DNA of 53,671 nt from a virus (IMGVR_UViG_3300044756_000026:1-53671); one strand, 5' to 3'. Shown: positions 9,390 through 20,258, counted from the stretch's first letter. Notes: generated by a model from the sequence alone, not told the origin. Translations and numbers: made by a program.

Positions 9390-10112
9390 ATGGCCTCTCC
9401 GAAGGAACAAGGCGACGTAGAAACGACGCGTGGCGCACAGCCTCAGCAAGGCGGTGTTGATCCGCAGGTCGCATCAGGCGGCAACGTGGGTTCGATTCAA
9501 CCACTGGCTGGCGCTCAGACAGCAGCTGGTGATGTGAAGGAAATCTTCGCCGGCTCGCCCATCGGCATCAACGTTTACGGCGGTATCTACTGGATGCCTC
9601 TGGGAACTCAGCTGCCAACTGATGCGGTTACAGCACTGCCGGCTGCGGCGATTCCCCTCGGGTTCGTATCCGAAGATGGCGTCACTGTGACCACAGATCG
9701 TGCTGGTGATCCTGTGATCGCATGGGGCGGCGACAAGATCGCATACCTGCAGAAGTCGTTCGGGATCAGCTGGAAGTTCAAGTTGTACCAGCTTCTCAAC
9801 GCAACTGCTGCTGCTGTGGCATATGGTGATGCCAACGTTGCAGCGACGCCGGGCTCGCCTACTGCTGGTGCACAATTGGCGATCAAGCAGAACAGCGCGA
9901 TGCTGGATCTCGGCATCTTCGTCATCGACTCGTACTACGCTGAGAAGAAGGTGCGCGAGGTCGCGCCGTACGCTCGGCCCACACAGATCGGTGATCTTGT
10001 GCTGGTTCACACAGCACTGTCGGCGCTCGATTTGACCATCGAGTTGTTCCCCGACGACACAGGCAATGTTGCCTATCGGTACACGGACGACGGCGTACAC
10101 GTCGGTCCGTAA
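9390..10112 (+). CDS. major tail protein
   Basis: P.GT.LPTDA, LGFVSEDG, AWGG, PDD.GN..Y.Y.DDG motifs; AAGGAG RBS. Confidence 0.9.
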   Translation: MASPKEQGDVETTRGAQPQQGGVDPQVASGGNVGSIQPLAGAQTAAGDVKEIFAGSPIGINVYGGIYWMPLGTQLPTDAVTALPAAAIPLGFVSEDGVTVTTDRAGDPVIAWGGDKIAYLQKSFGISWKFKLYQLLNATAAAVAYGDANVAATPGSPTAGAQLAIKQNSAMLDLGIFVIDSYYAEKKVREVAPYARPTQIGDLVLVHTALSALDLTIELFPDDTGNVAYRYTDDGVHVGP

Positions 10113-10191
10113 GCTGAAGCGAAGGTACTCCGGGTCGGGTTCGTATCACCTGGCTATGCGGACCCGACTCGGCTTCAGCCAGGAAGCCAGG
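10113..10191 (+). other. long hairpin, possible pseudoknot, between major tail and chaperone genes
   Basis: CCGGGTCGGGTTCGTAT/ATGCGGACCCGACTCGG stem; outer GCTGAAGC/GCTTCAGC; loop CCTGGCT complementary to AGCCAGG at 10185-10191. Confidence 0.6.
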
Positions 10192-10208
10192 ATGAAAGAG
10201 AGCGAAGA

Positions 10209-10661
10209 ATGGCGACAACTACTAGAAATGGTCGCGCACCCACGAAGGCGGTAGCAACGAAGGCAGCGGCGTCACGTCGTAAGTCGACAGCACCGTCGAA
10301 GCGGGTGTCAGATATCCCCGGCGACATTGACTTCGACTGGCGTACGATCTACCCAGCCAAGGTCAAGCTGTATCGCTACGTGAGCGAAGACAATCACATG
10401 GTCTGCTTGCCACGTTTCGAGCAACCCGGTGAAGGCGAAATCTTCGGCATGATGCTGCTGGAGAAATCGGACCAGGAAATGCTCGTGGGGTTGATGCGCG
10501 ACTTGATCAACCAGTACGCGAAGAGCCCGGAGTATGCGCTGCGGGTGACGTATGAAGCTTTGCGTACGATGCACACAGAAGGCACAGTCTCCGAGTTCCT
10601 CGAAGGGTGGGCAAAGGACGCAGGGCTCGAAGTGGAAAAATCTGTGCCGTTATCCACTTAG
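10209..10661 (+). CDS. tail assembly chaperone (G)
   Basis: Between major tail and tape measure; slippery site near the 3' end. Confidence 0.82.
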   Translation: MATTTRNGRAPTKAVATKAAASRRKSTAPSKRVSDIPGDIDFDWRTIYPAKVKLYRYVSEDNHMVCLPRFEQPGEGEIFGMMLLEKSDQEMLVGLMRDLINQYAKSPEYALRVTYEALRTMHTEGTVSEFLEGWAKDAGLEVEKSVPLST

Positions 10662-11044
10662 CGCGTAAGCACGAGAGTGCGCTGCGTTGGGATCTCCTGT
10701 CGATGGGGCTGAGCCTCGAAACTGCTAGTCTGCCGTGGGGCGATTGGTGGGCTCTTGTCTCAGCCTCACCGCCGGGGTCTGCAATGTATCGCGCGGTGAA
10801 CCAAGAATATGGTCTTACCGAACATCTCCTGTGTACGATGCTAGATCGGTTGAACACGCAGATATGGATGAAAACGAAGGATGCTCACGCAGATCCTCCA
10901 CGTAATCGCCCTGAGCGTGTTCCTCGCCCCGGTGTGGAGAAGCGGCCAGATGTGCCATACAATGGCATGGGGCTACCACCGAACGTCGTTTCCATAGAAG
11001 AATTCATACGCCGACAGGCAGAAGAGCGGGAACGCAATGGCTGA
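10634..11044 (+). CDS. tail assembly chaperone -1 frameshift extension (GT)
   Basis: G GAA AAA at 10634-10640 leads into the -1 frame (KICAVIHLARKHESALRWDL...RP.RVPRPGV). Confidence 0.82.
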   Translation, partial: GKICAVIHLARKHESALRWDLLSMGLSLETASLPWGDWWALVSASPPGSAMYRAVNQEYGLTEHLLCTMLDRLNTQIWMKTKDAHADPPRNRPERVPRPGVEKRPDVPYNGMGLPPNVVSIEEFIRRQAEERERNG

Positions 11045-14000
11045 ACTTGCACAGGAATGGATCTCCATCCTTCCTGATGCCTCGAAGCTAGCAGCGGGTA
11101 TTAATGCAGCGGTTACTAAGGCGAAAGTCAAGCCGTTAGTTATTCCTGTTAAATTCGAGACCAAACAACTCAACGAGGCGATACAGAAACTTAAGCCGAA
11201 AGCGATTAAGCTTCCGGTAGCGATTGATCGTACGAGCCTCAACAAGTCCATTACTGACGTCTCCAAGACAAAGCTCAAGCCACTCAAGCTTGAGATTCAG
11301 GTAGACAAAACTGCTGTCAATCGTGGTATCGCCGAGGCTGAAAAGACTAAGCCCAAAGCGATCAAAGTACCAGTTGAACTTCAAACGCCCGTCACTCCGT
11401 TAACATCAGCGCTCAAAGGCACTGCGCAAACTGCTGGTCAGCAATACGGCCAGAGTATGTTGACTGGGGTAAATCAAGCAATAGCATCTAGTCCTGTTGC
11501 TCAGGCTGCTGGTACAACGGCGGGTAAGAAAGCTGCTGCCGGTGTCGCGGCTGGTGTGGCTTCTGGTGCTTCTCAGACGCAATCAAGCTTCGCTAAGATG
11601 TTCAATATCTCCAGTCACGTTAGCAGGATGCAGAGCAGTTTGCAGAATGCAACGTCTAGCTGGAACACAATGAGTCAAGCAGCGGATAAGACTCATGGGC
11701 GTATGGTCGGCGCTATTCAACAGATGATTCGTTACTCTTTGATCTTTACTGCTGGTGGTGCTATCTTCGGTGGCATGAAGTATCTCGTTACCACAGGCAT
11801 GGAGTTTGATGATACGCTGCATCTGCTTGGTGCTACGACTAAGGCTAACAATGATCAGATGACCGCGATGAGCGATACTGCTCGCGCGCTCGGTCGTGAC
11901 ATGTCGCTTCCTGCGACGTCCGCGAACGATGCTGCAGCGGCGATGCTCGCAATGACGCAGGCAGGATTCAATGTAGACCAAGCTATGTCTGCTGCACGCG
12001 GATCGCTACAACTTGCAACTGCAACTAATATTGAAGCATCTGATTCTGGCAAGATCGTTGCTACCACACTGAACTCATTCCATCGTCCTGCTGAAGATGC
12101 CACTAAAGCAGTTGACTTGCTGACCAACGTATTCCTGAAGTCTGGCGCACCGATCAACGACATTGCCCTCGCATTCCAACAGGCTGCCACAGTTGGCGGC
12201 ATCTTCGGTCTGTCAATGGAAGATACTGCTGCGACAATGGCGCTGCTAGCGAAGAACGGTATCCGTGGTTCTGACGCTGGCACGCTGCTCAAAACAATGC
12301 TCGCCGGTTTGACCGATCAAGGCAAGCCTGCTCAAGAAGCAATCCACGAACTCGGCCTGACAGTCAACGATGCTAACGGCAACTTCGTCGGTATGCAGTC
12401 GATCATGGAACAGTTGAATGCTGCACGTGGTCGTATGACACAAGCTGATTACGCTGGTGCATCTGCCACACTGTTCGGTACAGACGCAATCCGTATTGCT
12501 GGTGTGGCTGCTACTGGTACTGCTGACGCATGGAAAGAAATGCGCGATGCAGTCGTCGAGCAAGGCACTGCTCAGCGTGTGGCTGAATCTCGTATGCAAG
12601 GCTTGCCCGGTGCAGTCGAGAAGGTCAAGAACTCATTCGAAGGGCTGTCGCTTGCGATCTACGATATGGTCAAGGGTCCGCTGACGACGATTGCCACTGG
12701 TGTGGCTGAAGGGTTGAGCGGATTCACTGAGTGGATCACCGGCAGTAGCACAAGTCTCAAGGTGTTCGGCGGCGTGCTTGAATATGTCGCCATCACTGTT
12801 GGTCTCTGCGCTGTTGCATTCGGCGCATGGAAGATTGCGACATTGGCACAGACGGCTGCGATGTGGCTGTTGGATGCTGCGTTGAATGCGAACCCAATCT
12901 CGCTTATCATCATTGCCATTGCTGCTGTGATCGCTGCATTGGTTCTGTTGTATCAGCACAATGAAGGATTCCGCAACTTCGTCAATGCGCTATGGGAAGG
13001 CATCAAGGTAGCCTTCGATAAGATCATGGTAGCAGTGCATTGGCTGGTGGAGCAGTGGAATGCTGCATGGCCTACGATCAAGACAGTACTGGAAACTGTC
13101 TGGAACGTTATTAAAACTATCTTTACCGCCATCGGCGAAACTTGCACATGGTTGTGGCAGAACATCATCGTGCCCGCATTCGAAGGCATCAGTAATGCCA
13201 TCAGCGTAGCATGGGATATCATCAAGCTTCCGTTCCAGCTGTTCGAAGCGGCGATGAGAGTTCTCGGACCGATTGCAATGGCGCTTTGGGATGTGTATAT
13301 TCAGCCAGCATGGGAGTTCATTAAGAATGCTATCTCTGCTGCTTGGGACTTCATGTCGCCGATCTTTGATACCATCGGTGCAGCATTCAGCAAGCTAGGC
13401 GATGTTGCTAAAGCTGGATTCAATGCCTTCGGTGATGTTGCCAAGACAGTCGGTAGTGCTGTCAAGGACGTGTGGGATGGGCTGTGGAACATACTGAAGA
13501 TTCCACTGCACGGTCTTGGTAACTTCCTCGTTGGTATTCCTGACACTGTTCTCGGCGTTAAGATTGATTTCATTTCTGACGTCCATGACTGGGGTAAGAC
13601 GCTCCAAGGGTTGCGCACCGGCGGTATCCTGCGAGGGCCGGGTACTGGCACGTCAGACTCGATCCTAGCGACCAATAGCAGTGGTGTACCGACGGCGCGT
13701 GTATCGAACGGCGAAGGTGTTGTGCCGGCAGCACCACTGAAGACTCCAATGGGTATGGCGCTATTCAATACACTGCTTGGTATGGCTGGTGGCGGACGCT
13801 TGCCGACAGGTGCGATCATTTGGCCACCACAACCTGTTGGTCCAGTTGACAAGACACGTCCGGGTGGTGTGCCTGATCTTACTGGTCATCTGCCTGGTCC
13901 ACACCTACCTGATTGGAGCGGCACATTCGGTCCACCTGATGCTGGATGGTGGGATCGACCGATCAATCCTGATGATATTTTGTTCCCAGAACTTCAACCG

Positions 14001-15749
14001 CCCTGGATGCAAGACTGGTTGAAGAAGCATCCGCCGAAGGGTTGGAAGGGCAAGCGTATTGAAGGATACCGTACGGGTGGATTTATGCAGGTGCCTTACG
14101 CGTCTACCTTCATGAAGTCTGTACGAGGATTCGCTGGTGGCGGTGTGGTCACTGATGAAGAGAAGTCGCGTCTTGGTGGCGGTACTGTTAATCAGTCAAT
14201 TCTCGAAGCGATCCGTGAAACTAATCCTCGAGCGGTGCTGACGAGTGGCTATACTGATCACGCAATGGACGGGGGATATCACCCGAAGAAGAAGGCTATC
14301 GACATTGACCCATCAGATGCGAACCTGCGTGCTGCATGGGCGATGCGTGATGACTTGGTGATGATCATCCACGACGACCCGAAGTACGTGTGGTATAACG
14401 TCGGCGGCCAACGTGCTGAAGGTGCAGCGGCGCGTGCGATATACGGCGAAGCGACGATGAGAGATCACGGCAATCACATTCACCTCGCAGCCGAACATGC
14501 AGTCGGTCCGGTTAGCGGAGGTGTTCGTGGTGCGGCTGGTCCAGACATAAGCGAGTTGACGAGTTCGTCGTCGCCTGATGAAGTTGCAGCGGCGATCATT
14601 GCTGAAGCTCAGAAGCGTGGGTTCAGCAAGGAAGAAACGATTGCTATTCTTTCCACAGCACTGCAGGAATCCGGTCTTGATCCTAAAGCAGTTGGTGGCG
14701 GCGGTGCATGGAAAGGTATCTTCCAACAGGACAAGTCGTATCCACAGCGTGAATCTCCGGCAGGTCAAGTAGGTGGATTCTTCGAACGACTCGGCGGACC
14801 TGGTGGTGATATCTGGGAAAAGATATTCACACTGCAGCAAGGTAAATCGTCTACGTCTCCGGGCGCACGTACTGGTTACATGGGCGAGATTCAATCGCAG
14901 AAGGGTCGCGCTGAAGGACTGTATGCAAGTGCTGCTACTTCGTCCTATACAAATGCTGGTGGTCATTACGAGGTCGATGAAAAGAAGGTTCGTGAAGCAG
15001 AAGAGAAGGTCACTGATACACAGAACCGACTCGACGTTGCGAACCAGCGCTTGAAGGAATACACAGACAAGCGTGCTGCTGGTGAGAAGGTTAAGGACTC
15101 AACGATTCAAGCTGCGCAGGATCAAGTCGATAAGCTGACACGCGAAGTGCAAGATGCGAAGGATGACCTCGAGACTGCGAAGCAAGGTAAGTTCGTTAAG
15201 GACAAGGGAGACAAAGCAGAAAGCGGAGCCAAATCCACTGGCAAGAAACAAGGTGCAGATCTTGATACCAAATCACTTGGTAAGATGTTCGTTGAAGGCA
15301 TGTTTGAGACTATCGGCCTAGATGGATCCGTGCTCGACAATCCGTTTGAATGGCCATCAGTCAAGTCAGGTATGGCGCTGTTCAATTACGGTATGGGCTT
15401 GGCGAAGTTCGCAGGTACAGACTGGGTTGATGAGAACGGTAATCCTAAGCAAGGACCTGACAATCCGTGGACTGGTCAAGCACAAGGTGGTGCTGGTGGA
15501 ACTGGTGCTCCGGGTGGTGGCGACATGGGCATTGGTGCGCTTACTGGTATCGGTGATGTGCTCGGCGTACAGTTCCCAGAAGAACAAAAGCATCAAGGTA
15601 CGGGCAATGAGCCTGGTCCGGGCGTAGACAACTCCATGAACGTTAACATAGAAAATGCGGGCATGACTCAAGAACAAGTAGCAGCAAGCGTGACTGAACC
15701 ACAGCGACAGCAGGCGCGTCGTTATACTCCACCGAATGACGGAGGCTAG
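11037..15749 (+). CDS. tape measure protein with C-terminal peptidoglycan-hydrolase-like domains
   Basis: 1570 aa; TP901-like core (GIRGSDAGT.LK.ML); W-periodic repeats; GPGTGTSDSI. Confidence 0.95.
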   Translation: MAELAQEWISILPDASKLAAGINAAVTKAKVKPLVIPVKFETKQLNEAIQKLKPKAIKLPVAIDRTSLNKSITDVSKTKLKPLKLEIQVDKTAVNRGIAEAEKTKPKAIKVPVELQTPVTPLTSALKGTAQTAGQQYGQSMLTGVNQAIASSPVAQAAGTTAGKKAAAGVAAGVASGASQTQSSFAKMFNISSHVSRMQSSLQNATSSWNTMSQAADKTHGRMVGAIQQMIRYSLIFTAGGAIFGGMKYLVTTGMEFDDTLHLLGATTKANNDQMTAMSDTARALGRDMSLPATSANDAAAAMLAMTQAGFNVDQAMSAARGSLQLATATNIEASDSGKIVATTLNSFHRPAEDATKAVDLLTNVFLKSGAPINDIALAFQQAATVGGIFGLSMEDTAATMALLAKNGIRGSDAGTLLKTMLAGLTDQGKPAQEAIHELGLTVNDANGNFVGMQSIMEQLNAARGRMTQADYAGASATLFGTDAIRIAGVAATGTADAWKEMRDAVVEQGTAQRVAESRMQGLPGAVEKVKNSFEGLSLAIYDMVKGPLTTIATGVAEGLSGFTEWITGSSTSLKVFGGVLEYVAITVGLCAVAFGAWKIATLAQTAAMWLLDAALNANPISLIIIAIAAVIAALVLLYQHNEGFRNFVNALWEGIKVAFDKIMVAVHWLVEQWNAAWPTIKTVLETVWNVIKTIFTAIGETCTWLWQNIIVPAFEGISNAISVAWDIIKLPFQLFEAAMRVLGPIAMALWDVYIQPAWEFIKNAISAAWDFMSPIFDTIGAAFSKLGDVAKAGFNAFGDVAKTVGSAVKDVWDGLWNILKIPLHGLGNFLVGIPDTVLGVKIDFISDVHDWGKTLQGLRTGGILRGPGTGTSDSILATNSSGVPTARVSNGEGVVPAAPLKTPMGMALFNTLLGMAGGGRLPTGAIIWPPQPVGPVDKTRPGGVPDLTGHLPGPHLPDWSGTFGPPDAGWWDRPINPDDILFPELQPPWMQDWLKKHPPKGWKGKRIEGYRTGGFMQVPYASTFMKSVRGFAGGGVVTDEEKSRLGGGTVNQSILEAIRETNPRAVLTSGYTDHAMDGGYHPKKKAIDIDPSDANLRAAWAMRDDLVMIIHDDPKYVWYNVGGQRAEGAAARAIYGEATMRDHGNHIHLAAEHAVGPVSGGVRGAAGPDISELTSSSSPDEVAAAIIAEAQKRGFSKEETIAILSTALQESGLDPKAVGGGGAWKGIFQQDKSYPQRESPAGQVGGFFERLGGPGGDIWEKIFTLQQGKSSTSPGARTGYMGEIQSQKGRAEGLYASAATSSYTNAGGHYEVDEKKVREAEEKVTDTQNRLDVANQRLKEYTDKRAAGEKVKDSTIQAAQDQVDKLTREVQDAKDDLETAKQGKFVKDKGDKAESGAKSTGKKQGADLDTKSLGKMFVEGMFETIGLDGSVLDNPFEWPSVKSGMALFNYGMGLAKFAGTDWVDENGNPKQGPDNPWTGQAQGGAGGTGAPGGGDMGIGALTGIGDVLGVQFPEEQKHQGTGNEPGPGVDNSMNVNIENAGMTQEQVAASVTEPQRQQARRYTPPNDGG

Positions 15750-15751
15750 AC

Positions 15752-16876
15752 ATGAGTAGTCCGACATTGAATACTCCGCTCATTCAATACCCATACCCTG
15801 ATCTCAGCAAGTGGAAGACTCATCAGGGTTATGACATCTTCGCACCACAGATTCCACAGTTCCCACAGTGGCAGAAGAACTCTAGCTGGGATTGGTTACA
15901 CCCAGCGCTCAAGAGCGTCGAGACGAAAGTCGTGTACGTCGGTCCTGATCAATCATGGTGGGATTTGCACGGACCTCTCAAAGGCCGGCAGGGTGTGGTG
16001 ATGCAAGACGTCGCTGCGGGATTTCAACAGTTGCCATTCGTACAGTTGTTTTCTGAGGGTCCATACATGCCCGGTGCTGAACTCGAGCGTGTGGATATCA
16101 AGAAGCGTGAATTCTCCATCGGCATCATCATCAATCCGAACTCGAACTCACAGGATCGTTTGCAGTATAGCAATGCCAACAAGTATCGTATGGTCGAAGC
16201 GAAGTGGTGGAAAGCATGGTCACGTACTGAGAACGGCTGGCTCGGTGTTTATACTCGCTGGACTGGTTGGCGCTGGTGCAAGGTTGTGCTGTCGCCGATG
16301 GATACGACGTTCGACATGGATCCTGCAGCGTTCGGCAACAATGGTCAGAAGTATGACTTGAAGTTCGTAGCGTGTGATCCGTATTACCACAAGCCATCAT
16401 TCAGCCAAACATGGATCAACACTATCGACCGTGTGACCATGCACGCTAAAGGAGATCACGTCTTTACGATTGCGAATCGTGGCACTGCTGAAGCATGGGC
16501 ATCATTCCTCGTTGATCCTGGTAAGTGTTTCATTCAAGACGGCATGACTGATCGTATGGTCGAGATGCCGCCGGTGTATGCATCAGATGGATATATGATG
16601 GTGCAGACAGACCCGAACGAGCGCACTGTCGTCGGTGCGAACGATCCTGTAGACAATGCATTCTATCGCTTCATTCGTCAAGCAGCATTGGCTGAGTTCT
16701 TCCTGCACGACATTGCCGATCAAGGTGAACCGATCTGGATGCGGTGGACAGAACCGACTGTGTTCATGTCGCCGATTCCTCCATATACTGTTGCGAACAT
16801 TCGAGTCACGCATGATCAGCCCAATGCTGCAGTAACGTGCATCATGCCTCAGGCATATGAGACGGGGTGGTCATGA
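15752..16876 (+). CDS. minor tail protein (distal tail-like)
   Basis: First gene after the tape measure; WDL.G...G.QGV and DPYY motifs. Confidence 0.8.
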   Translation: MSSPTLNTPLIQYPYPDLSKWKTHQGYDIFAPQIPQFPQWQKNSSWDWLHPALKSVETKVVYVGPDQSWWDLHGPLKGRQGVVMQDVAAGFQQLPFVQLFSEGPYMPGAELERVDIKKREFSIGIIINPNSNSQDRLQYSNANKYRMVEAKWWKAWSRTENGWLGVYTRWTGWRWCKVVLSPMDTTFDMDPAAFGNNGQKYDLKFVACDPYYHKPSFSQTWINTIDRVTMHAKGDHVFTIANRGTAEAWASFLVDPGKCFIQDGMTDRMVEMPPVYASDGYMMVQTDPNERTVVGANDPVDNAFYRFIRQAALAEFFLHDIADQGEPIWMRWTEPTVFMSPIPPYTVANIRVTHDQPNAAVTCIMPQAYETGWS

Positions 16877-18714
16877 GCAATCAGACGATTGATGAAATTA
16901 AGAATGGCACATACAAAGGCGGGTTCGTCGTCAAGGATGTGCTACAAGACTTCATCGACAATCACAATCCACTCTATCAGCAGGCAGTCATCGGTGCGGG
17001 TGGCAAGCGGCCTACCCATGCTGAGAATCCGCGTCAAGCATACAACTATGTCTACAAACGCAATCAGGTAATCAAGCAGTCTGCTAAGCAGCGTCCGCTG
17101 GTTCGACTCATGGACAAGGACATGAACTTCATTGGTCGCATTGCGGCTGAGAAGTCTGTCAACTGGGAAGAATTGATGTACGCTGGTGGCACAGCGACGA
17201 TTACTCTGAAGCGCAACAACTGGCTGGCTGACTGGATAGTCAAAGAAGTCAACATACAAGAAGACCTACACATCATCATCGACCCGCGTCCGACGAAGCG
17301 TAGTTGGCGTACACGCTGGGGCGGCAAGGTCACAGAGATTCACATCAAGCGTACGTCTGAAGGCATCCACGAAATTGACCTCGAGGTCATATCGAACTGG
17401 GAACACTGGCGCCACATTCTGTTCGGCGCGAACCCTGTGCTGCTGCCTGAGTTCCAGTATCCGAAGGTGTTCATCTTCCCCGCGAATACGCGGACGTGTA
17501 TCACGTACACCGCGATCCTTAATCTTGCACGGCAGTACGAGCCATTCCTGGCGATCCCGACTAATCTGCTGAACCCGATTCATTGGCTGTCGACTGAACT
17601 GACGAACATCAATCCAATGAGTTGGCCAGTGCAGATGGCGTTCGTCAATCCTGTCATAGATCAGAGTAGGTTCACGTTCGTCTGCGCACGTTGGACCGAT
17701 GCACAAACACTGACTGATCCACTGCTCAAGGATGCCGGATGCTTCATCAAGCCGTATGTGTTCCTGACCGAAGACGAGGATACACCGCATGTTGAGCTTG
17801 CTGATCTCATCGGACAAACCGCTGCACGACCAACTCGTAACTGCATTGTTTTGGCTGTACTTGATAAGTCTGGCGTTACTGGTCCGACTGGTACTCTAGT
17901 AGACGGCATCCTCAATCTCTTCGCTGCTACGGCTGATGACTTCATCACTGAACTCGTCTTCCCCGTTGACGCTGACTACGACGGCGTGACTGATCCGCTG
18001 TTCCGTAAGTGGCTACTCGTCGCACCCGAGAAACCCAAGATCATATTCCGGGATGGACACTACTCAGGGATAGTTGAGGCTGACCGAGTAATTCATAAAG
18101 CTAAAGCACGAACTATCATGATTGGTGGCAAGTCCCCACAGTGGGTCAACCAAGCCATCACGTTCGGCATACGCTATGGTTTATCACAATTAGCTCAAGT
18201 CATCAACTACGGTCTTGGCGCATACGAAGAATACGGCGCTGAAGGTTTGGACAACGTCTACCAGGGTCAGTTCGATGACACGGTGCTCGCGTTCGAGCGA
18301 TGGACAGATCCACGTCGCGTCATACAGAACGGTGCCGCTGCATTCCTCGAGCACATGGAACAAGGCTCGGGCACAGCGTACACTGTCTCAGGTCTCGTTG
18401 ACATTCGCGCAGGGCTGTGGAAGACTCGACCGTACATTGCCACACAGGTTGGCATCATCAATGGCCATCCGTGGTTCGTGTACGATGACTTTGAGTTGGG
18501 TGATCGACTCGGCTTCGAGCTTGCGGAAATCATCTACGTCGATCAGTGCTCGGGCATCAAGGGCTCGTACGACGTGTCGTCTCCGCTGAAGTATGAACTC
18601 TCAATTGGCACAGCATCCGATCAAGAAGATCCCGTTGCTCGTGCGCTACGTTCTGTGCAAGCCGCATGGAGTGTTCTCGGTATGGTGATGGGAAGTGGAG
18701 GAACTACGTTCTAA
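16873..18714 (+). CDS. minor tail protein (baseplate hub-like)
   Basis: RL.DK, RWGG.V, GGKSP.WVN, DF.LGDR motifs typical of mycobacteriophages. Confidence 0.82.
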   Translation: MSNQTIDEIKNGTYKGGFVVKDVLQDFIDNHNPLYQQAVIGAGGKRPTHAENPRQAYNYVYKRNQVIKQSAKQRPLVRLMDKDMNFIGRIAAEKSVNWEELMYAGGTATITLKRNNWLADWIVKEVNIQEDLHIIIDPRPTKRSWRTRWGGKVTEIHIKRTSEGIHEIDLEVISNWEHWRHILFGANPVLLPEFQYPKVFIFPANTRTCITYTAILNLARQYEPFLAIPTNLLNPIHWLSTELTNINPMSWPVQMAFVNPVIDQSRFTFVCARWTDAQTLTDPLLKDAGCFIKPYVFLTEDEDTPHVELADLIGQTAARPTRNCIVLAVLDKSGVTGPTGTLVDGILNLFAATADDFITELVFPVDADYDGVTDPLFRKWLLVAPEKPKIIFRDGHYSGIVEADRVIHKAKARTIMIGGKSPQWVNQAITFGIRYGLSQLAQVINYGLGAYEEYGAEGLDNVYQGQFDDTVLAFERWTDPRRVIQNGAAAFLEHMEQGSGTAYTVSGLVDIRAGLWKTRPYIATQVGIINGHPWFVYDDFELGDRLGFELAEIIYVDQCSGIKGSYDVSSPLKYELSIGTASDQEDPVARALRSVQAAWSVLGMVMGSGGTTF

Positions 18715-19160
18715 TGGCTGTCGTACCACAGATGCCTAGCGAAGTCGATATCGAAGGCATGAAGAATACACTGCGGCTAAAGTCAATCAGCCAAGGTGAT
18801 AAGCAAGAGTTGGCGCAGGATACAGTGAAAGCGATGTACGCTCTGGCCAACGACCTCATCTACCCAAGCGATGCAAGCGGAGACGTCATCGACATTCGAT
18901 ACTTCTCACCGCTGATTGCGTATCACCTCGCGATGTGTGGATGGCGAAAAGACCCAGAGAAAGTTCAACGTGTGCGTGAGAAGCTACCACCGACGGCTGG
19001 TGTGGCAGAAGACGCGATACGTTGGGTCGATCCTGGACATGCGAAACAAGGCGAACTCCCGCTTGCGTTTCGCACAGATATCGAGGAGAAACCCAATGAA
19101 GAAGGTTGGCACGTCAAGCCCTTTGTCCGTCAAACGTTCCTTGAGGAAGGTGAATACTAA
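18714..19160 (+). CDS. conserved tail-region protein
   Basis: IAYHLA..GWR and EDA..WV motifs; TAATG overlap. Confidence 0.65.
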   Translation: MAVVPQMPSEVDIEGMKNTLRLKSISQGDKQELAQDTVKAMYALANDLIYPSDASGDVIDIRYFSPLIAYHLAMCGWRKDPEKVQRVREKLPPTAGVAEDAIRWVDPGHAKQGELPLAFRTDIEEKPNEEGWHVKPFVRQTFLEEGEY

Positions 19161-20258
19161 ATGCCTACAGCAACTGTAGAAGTTGGAGACGAAGTCCATC
19201 TCGGTGATGCGATCACTAACACATCATTCTTTGGGCACGTCACTGACCTCGACTCACCCAATGGTGTGGTCGCAACGCTCGAGATTCTCGGTGACCAAGC
19301 CGTCCTCAGTATGGACGTGCTCATTGGTCCGCAAGGTATTCCTGGCAAGAATGCTTCGCCTGTCAAGATGCAGTGGACAGACAGTGATCAAATGGACACG
19401 CCGTCAGACTTGCCTGGTGGAGCAACGGGTCCGCCGGCATTGACACCGGCTGAAGAAGGCTACGGATACTGGATCGGTAATCAGGTCTACGTCTGGAGCG
19501 GCAACGCATTCTATCCATTCATGATGGGCACCAAGGGTCTCACTGGTTTGACGCCAGACATTGACCCGACCATCGAGGACATTCCATGGATGGATGTAAA
19601 TCGTCCGCCGTCTACGATTGACGTCTCGGGTACATCTGAGAATCCACAGTGGCACTTCAAGATCGCAGCGCCTCGTGGTGCTGATGGTCCTGCTGCTGCT
19701 ATTCGTGCAGCGACGGACTACAATAACACGATTCCGCCGACTGAACTTCAAGTACCCGCGTGGCATGAGGCTGATCAGAAGTGGCATCCGGAATCAGTCA
19801 ACCTTCGCTTGTGCAAGATGTATACTGTGCCGGAAGGCCAGTTCGTCAATTTCTCAGGCTTGTCGCAAAGGCAGACGATATGCACGTTCGCAATTCCGCC
19901 GCAGGATTATGACTGGGTGCCTTGGGTCGTCGGACATATCCGAGCGTCCGGCTTGGAGATCGACACTGATCCACTCATCATCGGTGCTGAAGTACGGCTC
20001 AACGATCCGCAAGCTGGACAGCTCGTTGCACGTGGTTTCGGTAACAACTCTACGTGGACAACGATTACACCGCATGCTAGCAGTGCGGCTTTCTCGAGCG
20101 ATGCGATAACGCCTGAAGGGTTGATCGGTAGAGTGCCAGCGAATCATACAGGGACCGAAGGAACGCTGTACGTGAACCTGTACAACGACGGCATCACGGG
20201 AGTTTACAACTTCGCTAAGCAAAACGCGCAGCTAGGAATTTTGGTGGTGCCACTCTAA
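19161..20258 (+). CDS. minor tail protein
   Basis: Short G-x-x repeats; IPPQ..DW.P.V.GH; EVRL.DP..G.LVARG.GN. Confidence 0.78.
   Translation: MPTATVEVGDEVHLGDAITNTSFFGHVTDLDSPNGVVATLEILGDQAVLSMDVLIGPQGIPGKNASPVKMQWTDSDQMDTPSDLPGGATGPPALTPAEEGYGYWIGNQVYVWSGNAFYPFMMGTKGLTGLTPDIDPTIEDIPWMDVNRPPSTIDVSGTSENPQWHFKIAAPRGADGPAAAIRAATDYNNTIPPTELQVPAWHEADQKWHPESVNLRLCKMYTVPEGQFVNFSGLSQRQTICTFAIPPQDYDWVPWVVGHIRASGLEIDTDPLIIGAEVRLNDPQAGQLVARGFGNNSTWTTITPHASSAAFSSDAITPEGLIGRVPANHTGTEGTLYVNLYNDGITGVYNFAKQNAQLGILVVPL

Noticed and set aside
10634-10640. Tail chaperone -1 frameshift as a novelty
   Set aside because: Standard siphovirus feature; listed as a feature only
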